Below, piece after piece: positions 42,999 through 52,467 of a stretch of 64,000 nt of DNA. Source of the DNA: Halanaerobiales bacterium (GTDB lineage Bacteria; Bacillota; Halanaerobiia; Halanaerobiales; M55B127); the NCBI GenBank assembly GCA_021736945.1, contig JAIPEX010000002.1, positions 7,486 to 71,485 on the forward strand. The letters run 5' to 3'. Position numbers and translations under genes: made by a program. Each line of letters opens with the position of its first letter. Position 1 is the first letter of the stretch. The notes below the pieces were generated by a model. The model had not been told where the DNA came from, searched no databases, and worked only from the letters and a program-made list of their open reading frames with translations.

Positions 42999-45497
42999 TT
43001 ATTTCACAACTATATTCACTAATTTTTTTGGTATAACTATTGTCTTTACAATCTCTTTGTCCTTAGTATATTTTTGGACTTTATCCTGCTTAAATACTTT
43101 TTCTTTCAATGCTTCTTCTGAAATATTAGCATCAACATCTACTCTGTCTCGTACCCTACCATTGATTTGGATTACAATAGTAATTTCATCTTTTTTAGCC
43201 GCTTCTTCCTCAAATTCTGGCCAATCAGCCCGGTGTATACTACTTTCGTGGCCGATCTTATGCCAAAGCTCTTCTGTCATATGTGGAGCAAACGGAGCCA
43301 GCATCAATAATATTTTTTCAGTAACAAAAGCAAGCAATTCTTCATTAAGTTGGTTTTTATTATCTGCAAGATAACTATATAGTTCATTGACTAATTCCAT
43401 TATAGCACTTATAGCAGTATTAAAGTTTAATCTTTCTGAAACATCTTCAGTAACTTTTTGAATTGTTTCATGAAGCTTTCTATGAAGTTCTTTTTCATCT
43501 TCATTTAAATTATCTTGGTCAATATTAATTTTGTTAACATCAACTTTTTTTATTGAGTTAATGTTTTCGGCAACAAATCTCCATACTCGGTTTAAAAATC
43601 TATTTGCACCTTCAACTCCTGCTTCACTCCATTCTAAATCTTTTTCAGGGGGAGAAGCAAAAAGGATAAATAACCGCGCTGTATCTGCTCCATATTCATC
43701 AAGAATTCGGCTTGGATCTACAACATTACCTTTTGACTTAGACATCTTATCTCCGTCTTTAAGAACCATGCCCTGTGCTAACCATTTTGTAAATGGTTCA
43801 CCTTCTTCTAATAGGTTTAGATCTCTTAGTACTTTTGTAAAGAATCTAGCATAAAGAAGGTGTAATATAGCATGTTCTATACCTCCTATATATTGATCCA
43901 CTGGGAACCAATCGTCTGCACTTTCAGGAGAAAATGGAAGATTTTTATTATGAGGATCAATGTATCTTAAGAAATACCAAGAAGAATCAACAAAGGTATC
44001 CATTGTATCAATTTCTCTTTTAGCATTCCCACCACATTTCGGACATGTTGTATTTACAAAGTCTTCCGCTTTAGCTAATGGTGAGATTCCTGTTGCTGAA
44101 AATTCAACATCGTTTGGTAATAAAACCGGTAAATCCTTTTCATCTACAGGGACAGTACCACATTGGTCACAATATACAATAGGAATTGGTGCACCCCAAT
44201 ATCTTTGCCTAGATATCAACCAATCTCTTAGTCGATAATTAGTCTCTCTTTTACCAATATTTTTTTCTTCCATTTCTTCAGCAATTTTTTCAAAAGCTTC
44301 CTCTACATTTAATCCATTATATTTATTTGAATTGATTAAATATCCTTCTTCACTATATGCTTCTTCCATTTTTGAACCATCAAGTTTTTCTTCTTTATCA
44401 TGGGGTTGGATCACTGCTTTTATAGGGAGATCATATTTTTTTGCAAAATCAAAGTCGCGCTGATCATGAGCAGGGACTGCCATGATTGCTCCTGTACCAT
44501 ACTCCATTAAAACATAATTTGCAATTAAAATAGGTATTTCTTCTCCAGTCATCGGATTAGTAGCGTAACTACCTGTATATATACCCTCTTTTTCAGTTTC
44601 AGGTGAAGTTCTTTCAACATCTTCCTGATTTTTTACCTTTTTTATGAAATTTCTTATCTCTTTTTCATTTTCTTTCCCACTTATTAATTCATCTACATAA
44701 GGATGTTCTGGAGATAATACCATATAAGTAGCCCCATAGATTGTATCAGGACGAGTCGTAAATACTTCTAGATCTTTATCAATTTCTTCAATTGGGAAAT
44801 TTATGCTCATCCCTTCACTTCTACCAATCCAATTTTTCTGCATTGTTTTAACTCTTTCCGGCCAATCAAGCTCTTCATGCCCCTCCAGTAATTCATCCGC
44901 ATACTCAGTTATCTTTAAAAACCATTGTTCTAACTCTTTTTGCTCTACCAATGTGTCACAACGCTCACATCGATTATTAACAACCTGTTCATTTGCTAAA
45001 ACTGTATCACAGCTTGGACACCAATTAACAGGTTGTTCTTTTTTATATGCAAGGTCATTTTCAAACATTTTTATGAAAAACCACTGAGTCCATTTATAAT
45101 AATCCGGTTCTGCAGTAGCAACTTCACGATCCCAATCATAACTAAGACCCATAGCCTTCATTTGTTTTTTCATACTTTCAATATTCTCCCAAGTCCACTC
45201 TCTGGGATGAATATTACCATGTTTTATTGCTGCATTTTCGGCAGGTAAGCCAAATGCATCCCAACCCATAGGATGTAGGACATTAAATCCTTCCATTCTC
45301 TTAAAACGTGCAATTACATCTCCTATAGAATATACTCTTACATGTCCCATATGTAATTTTCCTGAGGGATAAGGAAACATCTCTAAGACATAATAATTAT
45401 CTTTTTCATCTTTATTTTTTGCCTTATACAGTCTTTTTTCATCCCAAACTTTCTGCCATTTTTTTTCAATCTCTTCAAAATCATAATGATTCTGCAT
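42999..45497 (-). CDS. leuS: leucine--tRNA ligase
   Basis: HIGH motif (HMGHVRVY), KMSKS, and CP1 editing domain with zinc cysteines. 832 aa. Confidence 0.97.
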   Translation of the reverse strand: MQNHYDFEEIEKKWQKVWDEKRLYKAKNKDEKDNYYVLEMFPYPSGKLHMGHVRVYSIGDVIARFKRMEGFNVLHPMGWDAFGLPAENAAIKHGNIHPREWTWENIESMKKQMKAMGLSYDWDREVATAEPDYYKWTQWFFIKMFENDLAYKKEQPVNWCPSCDTVLANEQVVNNRCERCDTLVEQKELEQWFLKITEYADELLEGHEELDWPERVKTMQKNWIGRSEGMSINFPIEEIDKDLEVFTTRPDTIYGATYMVLSPEHPYVDELISGKENEKEIRNFIKKVKNQEDVERTSPETEKEGIYTGSYATNPMTGEEIPILIANYVLMEYGTGAIMAVPAHDQRDFDFAKKYDLPIKAVIQPHDKEEKLDGSKMEEAYSEEGYLINSNKYNGLNVEEAFEKIAEEMEEKNIGKRETNYRLRDWLISRQRYWGAPIPIVYCDQCGTVPVDEKDLPVLLPNDVEFSATGISPLAKAEDFVNTTCPKCGGNAKREIDTMDTFVDSSWYFLRYIDPHNKNLPFSPESADDWFPVDQYIGGIEHAILHLLYARFFTKVLRDLNLLEEGEPFTKWLAQGMVLKDGDKMSKSKGNVVDPSRILDEYGADTARLFILFASPPEKDLEWSEAGVEGANRFLNRVWRFVAENINSIKKVDVNKINIDQDNLNEDEKELHRKLHETIQKVTEDVSERLNFNTAISAIMELVNELYSYLADNKNQLNEELLAFVTEKILLMLAPFAPHMTEELWHKIGHESSIHRADWPEFEEEAAKKDEITIVIQINGRVRDRVDVDANISEEALKEKVFKQDKVQKYTKDKEIVKTIVIPKKLVNIVVK

Positions 45498-45529
45498 TCC
45501 ATACTCCTCCTTAATATATAATTTTTGGA

Positions 45530-45782
45530 TTTAAAATAAAAAAACTCCTCCCGGTCAAGGGACGAGTTGTTTACCCGTGGTACCACCCTAATAGATAGTA
45601 ATAATCCACTTATAAAAAGTTAACGCCTTTATTACGATACTGTCTAATCTAAAGTTCAACAGTATGGACTCCAGAACGAGTTCAATATCCTACAATATTG
45701 CTTTCCAGCTGCCAGCAACTCTCTTTGTAAGTGTAAAATATTTACTACTTTCCTTCATAGTCCACTAATTTTATTCATCTTT
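45530..45782 (-). promoter_or_regulatory. T-box riboswitch leader, leucine (CUC specifier), controlling leuS
   Basis: Read on the minus strand:
- The Stem I base is GGACU.../...AGUCC.
- AGUA and AGAGAG boxes are present.
- The specifier loop is UUGAA-CUC-G.
- The conserved T-box is UAGGGUGGUACCACGGG (45574..45588).
- The terminator is CUCGUCCC-uugacc-GGGAGGAG, followed by a U7 run. Confidence 0.85.
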
Positions 45783-45788
45783 GTAAAA

Positions 45789-45817
45789 ATTATATTAATT
45801 TATACTGTTAAAGTCAA
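45789..45817 (-). promoter_or_regulatory. sigma-A promoter of the leuS T-box leader
   Basis: On the minus strand, TTGACT-17 nt-TATAAT. The -35 box overlaps the rsfS stop codon. Confidence 0.6.
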
Positions 45818-46176
45818 GAAGTTTCTTCTTTTTTCAAAATCTTTTGAGCGTCTGCCCAAAGTCTATCAAGTTCATAATACTCACGTTCTCTTTTATGGAA
45901 TACATGTACAATTATATCAGCATAATCCATAAGAATCCAACGTCCATTATCCTTACCAGCAATCTGTTTTGGATAAATACCCTCTTCATCTAGTTTTTCT
46001 TCAACCGCTCTGGCAATAGCTTGAACTTGTTTATCTGTATTCCCAGAACATAAAACAAAATAATCTGCTATTATAGTCAGGCCTTTTACATTTAATATTT
46101 CTATATCAAAAGCCTTTTTATCATCGGCTGCTTCTGCTGCTAATTCAGCCATTCTCTTATAATTTTCTTCTGCCAT
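45814..46176 (-). CDS. rsfS: ribosome silencing factor RsfS
   Basis: Iojap/RsfS pattern: K.A.DI..L.V...T.IADYFVLCSG....QV.AIA, W.L.DY.D..VH.F....R.YY.LE.LW. Confidence 0.9.
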   Translation of the reverse strand: MAEENYKRMAELAAEAADDKKAFDIEILNVKGLTIIADYFVLCSGNTDKQVQAIARAVEEKLDEEGIYPKQIAGKDNGRWILMDYADIIVHVFHKREREYYELDRLWADAQKILKKEETS

Positions 46177-47354
46177 TAATTTTGTTCCTCCTTTTTTGCT
46201 ATTACATTATTTGTGAAATTTTCACCTAATATCACCTGAAAGTCTTCCTCTATATCTTCAGATTCTTCTAATTTACCACCTAAAACATTTTTTAGTCCTT
46301 CGGCAGTATCTTTTTTACCCGGCTTGTAATAAATTATTGTCTCTTGATAATTAAAATTATCTGCATTACTAATATCTTCTATATTAAAACCATATTTCTC
46401 TAACTCTTCACCCACTTCACTCGCTAAACCAGAAATACCGTTCCCATTTAAGATTGTAACATAATATTGATCATTTTGTATATATTCTTTACTTCTTATT
46501 AAATTATTAACCATAATCTCTAAACTTTCTTCATTAGCTATCCAGTAACTTGCACCATTTATATACTCTGGTTTCCCAGGCACCATTTCAGTTTTCAAAT
46601 TATTTAAATCAGCTTTCTTTGCTAATTTTACAAAAGGAGATACATCTTTAATAGGTATATTAGTATTTACTGAATTCATTACTTCATTATAAATAGAAGG
46701 TAAATTCAATATTACATTAGAAGAGGTTGCTTTTTTCATTACAGCTTCGATAAACTTTTGTTGCCGTGATACTCTACCAATATCTCCTAATTTATCTCCC
46801 CTATATCTTACATACTGTAAAGCTTTTTCGCCATTTAAGTGAACATCACCTGCGGGCAGATTTATGTTTACATCACCAGCTTCATCTACATATCTCAACG
46901 GTTTACTAATATGAATATTTATTCCACCTATTAAATCAATAATCTCCTCAAAACCTTGAAAATCTGTTTCTAAATAATAATCTAATTTAATATTTAAAAA
47001 ATCCTCAACAGTTTCATTTAAAAGTTCTATTCCGCCATAAGCATGGGCAGAATTTATTCTATTATAGCCATGACCGTTTATTTTCACCCTGGTATCGCGA
47101 GGAATAAATAATAATCCTATCTTATTTGTATTTAAATTAATGCTAGCCACGATAATTGTATCAGCTCTCGGTGGCCCATTTATGGAAGAATCATAACCAG
47201 CTACTAAAACATTTAATTTTGTTTTTCTAAAAGGATTCAAATCCAAAAGACTAAAATTATCATTAAACAATATATATAAGGACAATGATACAATAATTAT
47301 TAATAATATTAATACAATTGTCTTCCATTTAGACCATGCCATTTTTTCAAGCAT
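46176..47354 (-). CDS. LytR-CpsA-Psr (LCP) family cell-envelope phosphotransferase
   Basis: N-terminal TM helix, LCP core (NVLVAGYDS...RADTIIVASIN...LFIPRDT) and a C-terminal LytR_C-like domain. Confidence 0.85.
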   Translation of the reverse strand: MLEKMAWSKWKTIVLILLIIIVSLSLYILFNDNFSLLDLNPFRKTKLNVLVAGYDSSINGPPRADTIIVASINLNTNKIGLLFIPRDTRVKINGHGYNRINSAHAYGGIELLNETVEDFLNIKLDYYLETDFQGFEEIIDLIGGINIHISKPLRYVDEAGDVNINLPAGDVHLNGEKALQYVRYRGDKLGDIGRVSRQQKFIEAVMKKATSSNVILNLPSIYNEVMNSVNTNIPIKDVSPFVKLAKKADLNNLKTEMVPGKPEYINGASYWIANEESLEIMVNNLIRSKEYIQNDQYYVTILNGNGISGLASEVGEELEKYGFNIEDISNADNFNYQETIIYYKPGKKDTAEGLKNVLGGKLEESEDIEEDFQVILGENFTNNVIAKKEEQN

Positions 47355-47930
47355 TTAATATTCTCCCTTCAACAATGAATTCCTGGTTAAAAGCGTATTA
47401 GGATGTATAATTCTTCTTCGTTCTATGTTGTATTTTATGGTAAAATCACAGACAAGTATAACTGCTTTATCTATATCTGTTTTAGTTTTTTCTCTTATTT
47501 GCTCAACACCAGGAAATTTTCTATTCGGTTCAATAACATCTGCAACAAATATAATTTTTTCTATAAGGCTCATATTAGGCCGACCAATAGTATGGTATCT
47601 TATTGCGTTAATTATTTGTGGATCCTTTACTTCAAAATCTTTTTTTGCTAAAAAAGCTCCTACCGGGGAGTGTAATAAAGCAGGTAATTCTTTTTCCAAA
47701 TCATCTATTTCAATATTATTATTTTCTACAATCTTTAAAAGTTTTTCATTATCAAAATTTCTTGCATAGTCATGTAGTAAACCAGCAATTTTAACTTTAG
47801 TTATATCAGCTTCATACTTTTTAGCTATCTCAACAGCAGCTCTAACTACTGATAAAGTATGCTCTTTTCTAAAATTTTCTTTACTATTCAATTCTTTTTT
47901 TATAATATTTATATTTTTCATGAACTTCAC
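47355..47930 (-). CDS. yqeK: HD-domain bis(5-nucleosyl)-tetraphosphatase YqeK
   Basis: HD motif (HTLSV...LLHDYAR). The position immediately after nadD matches other Firmicutes. Confidence 0.8.
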   Translation of the reverse strand: MKFMKNINIIKKELNSKENFRKEHTLSVVRAAVEIAKKYEADITKVKIAGLLHDYARNFDNEKLLKIVENNNIEIDDLEKELPALLHSPVGAFLAKKDFEVKDPQIINAIRYHTIGRPNMSLIEKIIFVADVIEPNRKFPGVEQIREKTKTDIDKAVILVCDFTIKYNIERRRIIHPNTLLTRNSLLKGEY

Positions 47931-48524
47931 CTATCTATATAAATTATTGGATTTAATATAATCAATCACTTCTTTAGGGGTTAAATATTTTATGGATTTC
48001 CCTTCATTTACATATTCTCTAATCATTGTGGAGGATATTTCTACTAAAGAATTATTTAATATATTTATATTATCCTCATATTTCCTTAGTCTCTGGTCCT
48101 TCATAATATTAGTAAAAGAATAATCCAATCTTTTAGCAACTATTAGATTAGAGTTATCAAGTATATAATCTGGTTTATGCCAATTGAAAATTTCTGACAA
48201 AGAATCAGTTCCTATAATTAAATTAACTTTTTCAACTTGATATTTTTCTTTAAAATGATCTATAGTATGAACAGTGTAAGATTTTCCTTCCTTTTTAATC
48301 TCCCAATCTGATATTTCAAAATGGTTATTATCTTCCAAGGCTAATTTAAGCATATTCAATCTATGTTCCGGACTATTAATTTTATTTTCTTCTTTATGTG
48401 GTGGCTTACCTGCAGGCATAAAAATAACCTTATCCAGATTAAATTCCAGATAGGCTTGTTCAGCACATATTAAATGTCCTAGATGGACCGGATTAAATGT
48501 ACCACCAATTATTGCAAATTCCAT
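47931..48524 (-). CDS. nadD: nicotinate-nucleotide adenylyltransferase
   Basis: GGTFNPVHLGH and ISST.IR motifs. I trimmed the start to the Met at 48524 (AAGGTGG SD). The ORF-track start at 48581 adds an implausible hydrophobic leader. Confidence 0.9.
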   Translation of the reverse strand: MEFAIIGGTFNPVHLGHLICAEQAYLEFNLDKVIFMPAGKPPHKEENKINSPEHRLNMLKLALEDNNHFEISDWEIKKEGKSYTVHTIDHFKEKYQVEKVNLIIGTDSLSEIFNWHKPDYILDNSNLIVAKRLDYSFTNIMKDQRLRKYEDNINILNNSLVEISSTMIREYVNEGKSIKYLTPKEVIDYIKSNNLYR

Positions 48525-48652
48525 ATTTTCCACCTTCCATTTAACTGTTTTAATTATAATAAATATATTTACTATATTCAAGTAAATATGTAAACTAAGA
48601 AGGATTAAAAGTTTTTGTGTAGAAATAAAATTATATATAGGAGGTAATTACT

Positions 48653-49165
48653 ATGTTATATAAATATAAAAATATAAAACCTGAAGTTGATGAAACTTCT
48701 TTTATAGCACCAGGCGCTAAGCTAATTGGAAATATTAAACTAAAAGAAAATACTAGCATATGGTACAATACTGTCTTAAGATCAGACTTAAATAAAACTA
48801 TTTTAGGTAAAGGTACTAACATTCAAGAAAACTCAGCATTACATGTAGATACTGATAAACCTTTAACTATTGGTGATTATGTAACAGTAGGACATAATGC
48901 CACAATTCATGGATGTACCATTAAAGATAATTGCTTAATAGGAATGGGGGCAATTATTTTAAATGGAGCAGTTATTAATCAAAATTCAATCGTAGCAGCA
49001 GGTAGTCTTGTTACTGAAAATGCAGAATTCCCATCTGGTTCATTAATAATGGGAACTCCGGCCAAGGTAATCAGAGATTTAACCGAAAATGAAATTAAAG
49101 AAATTCAAGAGTCAGCAGATCATTATATAAGTTTGGCTAAAGAACACAAAAATAGTTTGAAATAA
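48653..49165 (+). CDS. gamma-class carbonic anhydrase-like / left-handed beta-helix (hexapeptide) protein
   Basis: Typical YrdA/PaaY-like N-terminus (Y....P.VDE.SFIAPGA.LIGNI.L.E..SIWYN.VLR.D) with His ligand positions. Confidence 0.8.
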   Translation: MLYKYKNIKPEVDETSFIAPGAKLIGNIKLKENTSIWYNTVLRSDLNKTILGKGTNIQENSALHVDTDKPLTIGDYVTVGHNATIHGCTIKDNCLIGMGAIILNGAVINQNSIVAAGSLVTENAEFPSGSLIMGTPAKVIRDLTENEIKEIQESADHYISLAKEHKNSLK

Positions 49166-49171
49166 AAAAGT

Positions 49172-49210
49172 CCCTGCTTAATGGATTAATTTTTAATCCA
49201 TTTGGCAGGG
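49172..49210. terminator. bidirectional terminator between convergent genes
   Basis: A long composite hairpin, CCCTGC..AATGGATTAA-ttt-TTAATCCATT..GCAGGG, with flanking A- and T-runs. Confidence 0.7.
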
Positions 49211-49226
49211 ATTCTGTCTTTTATAA

Positions 49227-49724
49227 TTAGAAAGGTTCAAAACTTTGTTCAGCCCACCAGTCCTCTTTAAGCATTTCATATTGTTCTTGGAAAAAATTCA
49301 AATGCTGATATTCCCATTTAATAATTCTTTCATATAATTCTTTAGCCTTTTCTGATTTAGTATTATTAACAGCGTTCTTATAATAATCAATTGCTTCTTT
49401 TTCCATTTTAACACCAATTCCAAAAACAGATAATGAAAAAGACAAATTTTCTTTTTCTATCTTATCCCACTTAAATATTCTGGGCTTTTCCGGTGGCTTC
49501 ATTTCATCAACTGAAAATTCTATCTCTCCACCATCTTCCAAGCTTTCATAAAGTTCCTTAAGCCAATCAATATGCTTTAATTCTTCATTTGCTAATTTTT
49601 TAAAGGATTTGCTGATCTCCTCTTCTTCTATCCTATTAGCTGCCATATTATAAACCTGGTAACCCTCATTTTCATTTAAAATAGCTTCTTTAATCACTTC
49701 TAATTCTTTATTGGACATTTTCAA
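49227..49724 (-). CDS. ferritin-like / rubrerythrin-family diiron protein (no rubredoxin domain)
   Basis: Two E...E..H four-helix-bundle motifs (NEELKHIDW and KWEYQHLNFF, each with an upstream Glu). Confidence 0.7.
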   Translation of the reverse strand: MKMSNKELEVIKEAILNENEGYQVYNMAANRIEEEEISKSFKKLANEELKHIDWLKELYESLEDGGEIEFSVDEMKPPEKPRIFKWDKIEKENLSFSLSVFGIGVKMEKEAIDYYKNAVNNTKSEKAKELYERIIKWEYQHLNFFQEQYEMLKEDWWAEQSFEPF

Positions 49725-49878
49725 GCCCCCTTCTATTTTATTATTCTACAATCATCAATTGAATATGTAAACATTATTTATTATATATAATTAGATTTTG
49801 ACTATATATTTTAAATTATATCCTAGGTCAAATATATCAGATCAGGTCCCTATTTTCAAGTAAGTTAAGTTGTTAAAA

Positions 49879-49907
49879 TTGACATATATTTCAAAATAAA
49901 ATATAAT
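49879..49907 (+). promoter_or_regulatory. sigma-A promoter of the hutP-like gene
   Basis: Consensus TTGACA-17 nt-TATAAT. The GAGGAGG SD and the ATG at 49939 lie downstream. Confidence 0.6.
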
Positions 49908-49938
49908 TAAAGAAAATTCATGTGAGGAGGCTTACATA

Positions 49939-50349
49939 ATGGAAAAAAGCCTTATTATAGCTAAAGCCGCTTTAAAACTAGCAATTTCAGACCGGCAAGA
50001 AGAAAACAAATTAAAAAAACAATTCTTAGATGATGAGGGAATAAAATCCGCAGCTCTTGATTTTGGAGGAGAATACAATAAATCTGTAAAAAAAATTATT
50101 GAAAATGCAGTAATTGCAGCTCGTAGAGAAAATTTAATCAATGAGACTCACTCCAATCAGGGTGCTGTGGCTGGTGCTGCTCATGAAGCTTTAAAACAAA
50201 TCATGGGAAGTGCAGTAGGCTTAAATATTGGTGGTAAAATTGGAATTGCTCGAAAAGACGACCACTTAGTTGTTGCTATCTTTTTTGGAGTTGGCATGTT
50301 AAATTTAAATGAAGTAGCAGTTGGACTCAGCCACAGAACTATTACCTAA
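49939..50349 (+). CDS. HutP-family RNA-binding antiterminator homologue
   Basis: 136 aa. It aligns by eye along its whole length with B. subtilis HutP as I remember it: DDEGIKSAALDFGGEY vs ERDGWKVCLGKVGSM, GAVAGAAHEALKQI vs HALYHATMEALHGV, and the C-terminal EVAVGLSHRTI vs HETFGVGINHI. Confidence 0.7.
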   Translation: MEKSLIIAKAALKLAISDRQEENKLKKQFLDDEGIKSAALDFGGEYNKSVKKIIENAVIAARRENLINETHSNQGAVAGAAHEALKQIMGSAVGLNIGGKIGIARKDDHLVVAIFFGVGMLNLNEVAVGLSHRTIT

Positions 50350-50364
50350 ATATAATTTAAATTC

Positions 50365-50393
50365 TTGACATTCTTAGTTATTATATGTATAAT
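50365..50393 (+). promoter_or_regulatory. strong sigma-A promoter (extended -10) of the ABC transporter leader
   Basis: TTGACA (50365..50370), 17 nt spacer, TG-n-TATAAT (-10 hexamer at 50388..50393). Confidence 0.7.
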
Positions 50394-50409
50394 GATAAAA
50401 ATCGAAAAT

Positions 50410-50433
50410 TGGTAATATGGTAATATGGTAGGA
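50410..50433 (+). repeat. three tandem 8-nt direct repeats in the leader RNA (TGGTAATA TGGTAATA TGGTAGGA)
   Basis: I read these directly from the sequence, about 10 nt downstream of the predicted transcription start. They are a candidate binding site for a protein with threefold symmetry. Confidence 0.8.
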
Positions 50434-50472
50434 GAAAATAATTAGGAAATCTCTATGGATTTCTATGTCTTT

Positions 50473-50500
50473 AAACACTCCTTCCCGGAGTGTTTTTTTT
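50473..50500 (+). terminator. intrinsic terminator (attenuator) in the ABC transporter leader
   Basis: AAACACTCC-ttccc-GGAGTGTTT forms 9 bp and is followed by a T run that extends the 3-prime arm through 50500. It lies between the promoter and the SBP start codon. Confidence 0.8.
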
Positions 50501-50549
50501 ATTTCTCTTTCCAAAACCAAATCCACAAAAAAATAAGGAGAGATGTAAA

Positions 50550-51542
50550 ATGGTAATTAATGGTAAGAAATCTCTAATTGTAGTATCTATTCTCATTTCT
50601 GTAACTCTATTCTGTTTGGTAACTTTTCAGCACTCAGCTCAGGCACAAGACAAGGTATTTAAAATTGGAATCTCACAATTCGTAGAACACCCTGCTTTAG
50701 ATTCAGCTAGGAAAGGTTTTATCGAAGGTCTTAACGAAGCTGGTTTTATTGAAGGTGAAAACCTTGAAATAAATCTTGAAAATGCCCAAGCTGACATGTC
50801 TACTACTCAAACAATTGCACAAAAATTTGAAAATCAAAATTTAGACCTAGTTTTGGCTATTGCTACTCCTAATGCCCAAGCTGCTGCTGGCACTCTTTCT
50901 GATACACCACTGGTTATTACAGCTGTAACAGATCCGGTAGCTGCAGGTTTAGTTAAAGACCTTGTTGATAAGGAAAATGCAATTACTGGAACTACTGATA
51001 TGAATCCAGTTGGAAAACAACTTGAATTAATAAAGGAATTTTTACCTAACGCTAAAAACATAGGTATTTTATATAATAGTGGTGAGGTTAATTCAAAAGT
51101 ACAAGTTGATATTGCAAAGCAAATCGCACCAGAAAAAAATATTAAAATAATTGAAGCTACTGCTACTAATACTAGTGAAGTTTCATTAGCAACTTCATCC
51201 TTAATAGGTAAGGTAGATGCTATTTATTTACCCACGGACAATACAATCGCTTCTGCTGTGCCCTCAATAATGAAAATTGCCAAGAAAAATAATATACCAG
51301 TCTTTGCTTCCGAAAAAGGACAAGTTCAAAACGGCGCTATAGCTACTAGAGGGTTAGATTACTTTTTGCTAGGTAAACAAACAGGGCAAATTGCGGCACG
51401 AGTTTTAAATGGCGAAAAACCAGCATCAATACCTATTACAGGTTCTAAAAACCTTCAATTAATTATAAACGAAGAAGCTATTAATAGTTTCAATTTAGAA
51501 ATTCCTGAAAGTATAAAAGATGAAATAGAAATCCGATTATAA
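50550..51542 (+). CDS. ABC transporter substrate-binding protein, ABC_sub_bind (PF04392-like) family
   Basis: A signal peptide ends AQA-QD. The motifs FKIGISQFVEHPALDSARKGF..GL...G...G.N and DLVLAIATPNAQAA follow. The start is at the ATG at 50550 with an AAGGAG SD. The ORF-track start (50490) lies inside the terminator. Confidence 0.85.
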   Translation: MVINGKKSLIVVSILISVTLFCLVTFQHSAQAQDKVFKIGISQFVEHPALDSARKGFIEGLNEAGFIEGENLEINLENAQADMSTTQTIAQKFENQNLDLVLAIATPNAQAAAGTLSDTPLVITAVTDPVAAGLVKDLVDKENAITGTTDMNPVGKQLELIKEFLPNAKNIGILYNSGEVNSKVQVDIAKQIAPEKNIKIIEATATNTSEVSLATSSLIGKVDAIYLPTDNTIASAVPSIMKIAKKNNIPVFASEKGQVQNGAIATRGLDYFLLGKQTGQIAARVLNGEKPASIPITGSKNLQLIINEEAINSFNLEIPESIKDEIEIRL

Positions 51543-51576
51543 ATTAAGTAATAGACAAAATATTGGAGGGATTGAC

Positions 51577-52467
51577 ATGTCTTTCGGTTTTTTAATTACT
51601 TCACTAGAACAGGGATTAATATATGGAATAATGGCAATAGGAGTTTATATAACATTTAGAGTACTAGATTTTGCAGACTTAACTGTAGACGGCAGCATTA
51701 CTTTAGGGGCTGCCGTTTCCTCCAGGCTCATAATAATGGGTTATAATCCATTTTTAACACTAATTGTTGCTACAGTAGCTGGAGGTATCTCGGGCTCTTT
51801 TACTGGCTTTTTAAATACAAAATTAAAAATAGCACCATTATTATCGGGAATTTTAACTATGACTTCCTTGTTTTCAATTAACTTAAGAATTATGGGCAGA
51901 CCAAATATACCTTTGTTATCTGATGATACAATTTTTGATATATTCAATGTACCACTTTCTCTCTCATCTTCCAGTGAACTAATATTAATATTAATTGTAG
52001 TTTTATTAGTATTAATCTCACTAGTTTTATTTTTAAAAACAAAACTAGGATTTGCACTACGTGCAACAGGTGACAATCCTGCTATGGTTAGAAGTATGGC
52101 TATAAATACAAAAAGTATAAAGATGATTGGTTTAATAATAGCTAATAGTTTTGTTGCATTATCTGGTGCTTTAATCTGTCAGTATCAAGGCTTTGCTGAT
52201 ATAAGTATGGGAATCGGTACAATAATTGCCGGATTGGCTTCTGTAATCATTGGTGAGGTTATTTTTGGTAGTGAAAAACTATATTTTGTAATTCCTGGTA
52301 TTATAGGTGGCTCAATTTTATATCGAGGTAGTATTTCATTTGCTTTAATGAGTGGTTTTGCTGCTTCAGATTTAAAACTATTAACAGCACTTATTGTAAT
52401 TGTTTTTCTTTCAACCCCAAAAATTAAATCAGCAGTAGGAGGTAAGTTTAATGTTAAAGCTAATTAA
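51577..52467 (+). CDS. ABC transporter permease (BPD_transp_2-type, partner of the PF04392 SBP)
   Basis: Polytopic membrane protein with the N-terminus LEQGLIYGIMAIGVYITFRVLDFADLTVDGS, which is typical of this transporter family. Confidence 0.85.
   Translation: MSFGFLITSLEQGLIYGIMAIGVYITFRVLDFADLTVDGSITLGAAVSSRLIIMGYNPFLTLIVATVAGGISGSFTGFLNTKLKIAPLLSGILTMTSLFSINLRIMGRPNIPLLSDDTIFDIFNVPLSLSSSSELILILIVVLLVLISLVLFLKTKLGFALRATGDNPAMVRSMAINTKSIKMIGLIIANSFVALSGALICQYQGFADISMGIGTIIAGLASVIIGEVIFGSEKLYFVIPGIIGGSILYRGSISFALMSGFAASDLKLLTALIVIVFLSTPKIKSAVGGKFNVKAN

Noticed and set aside
45383-45586. 67-aa ORF spanning the leuS start region.
   Set aside because: It overlaps the leuS 5-prime end and the T-box terminator and antiterminator. 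The region is fully explained by the T-box leader.
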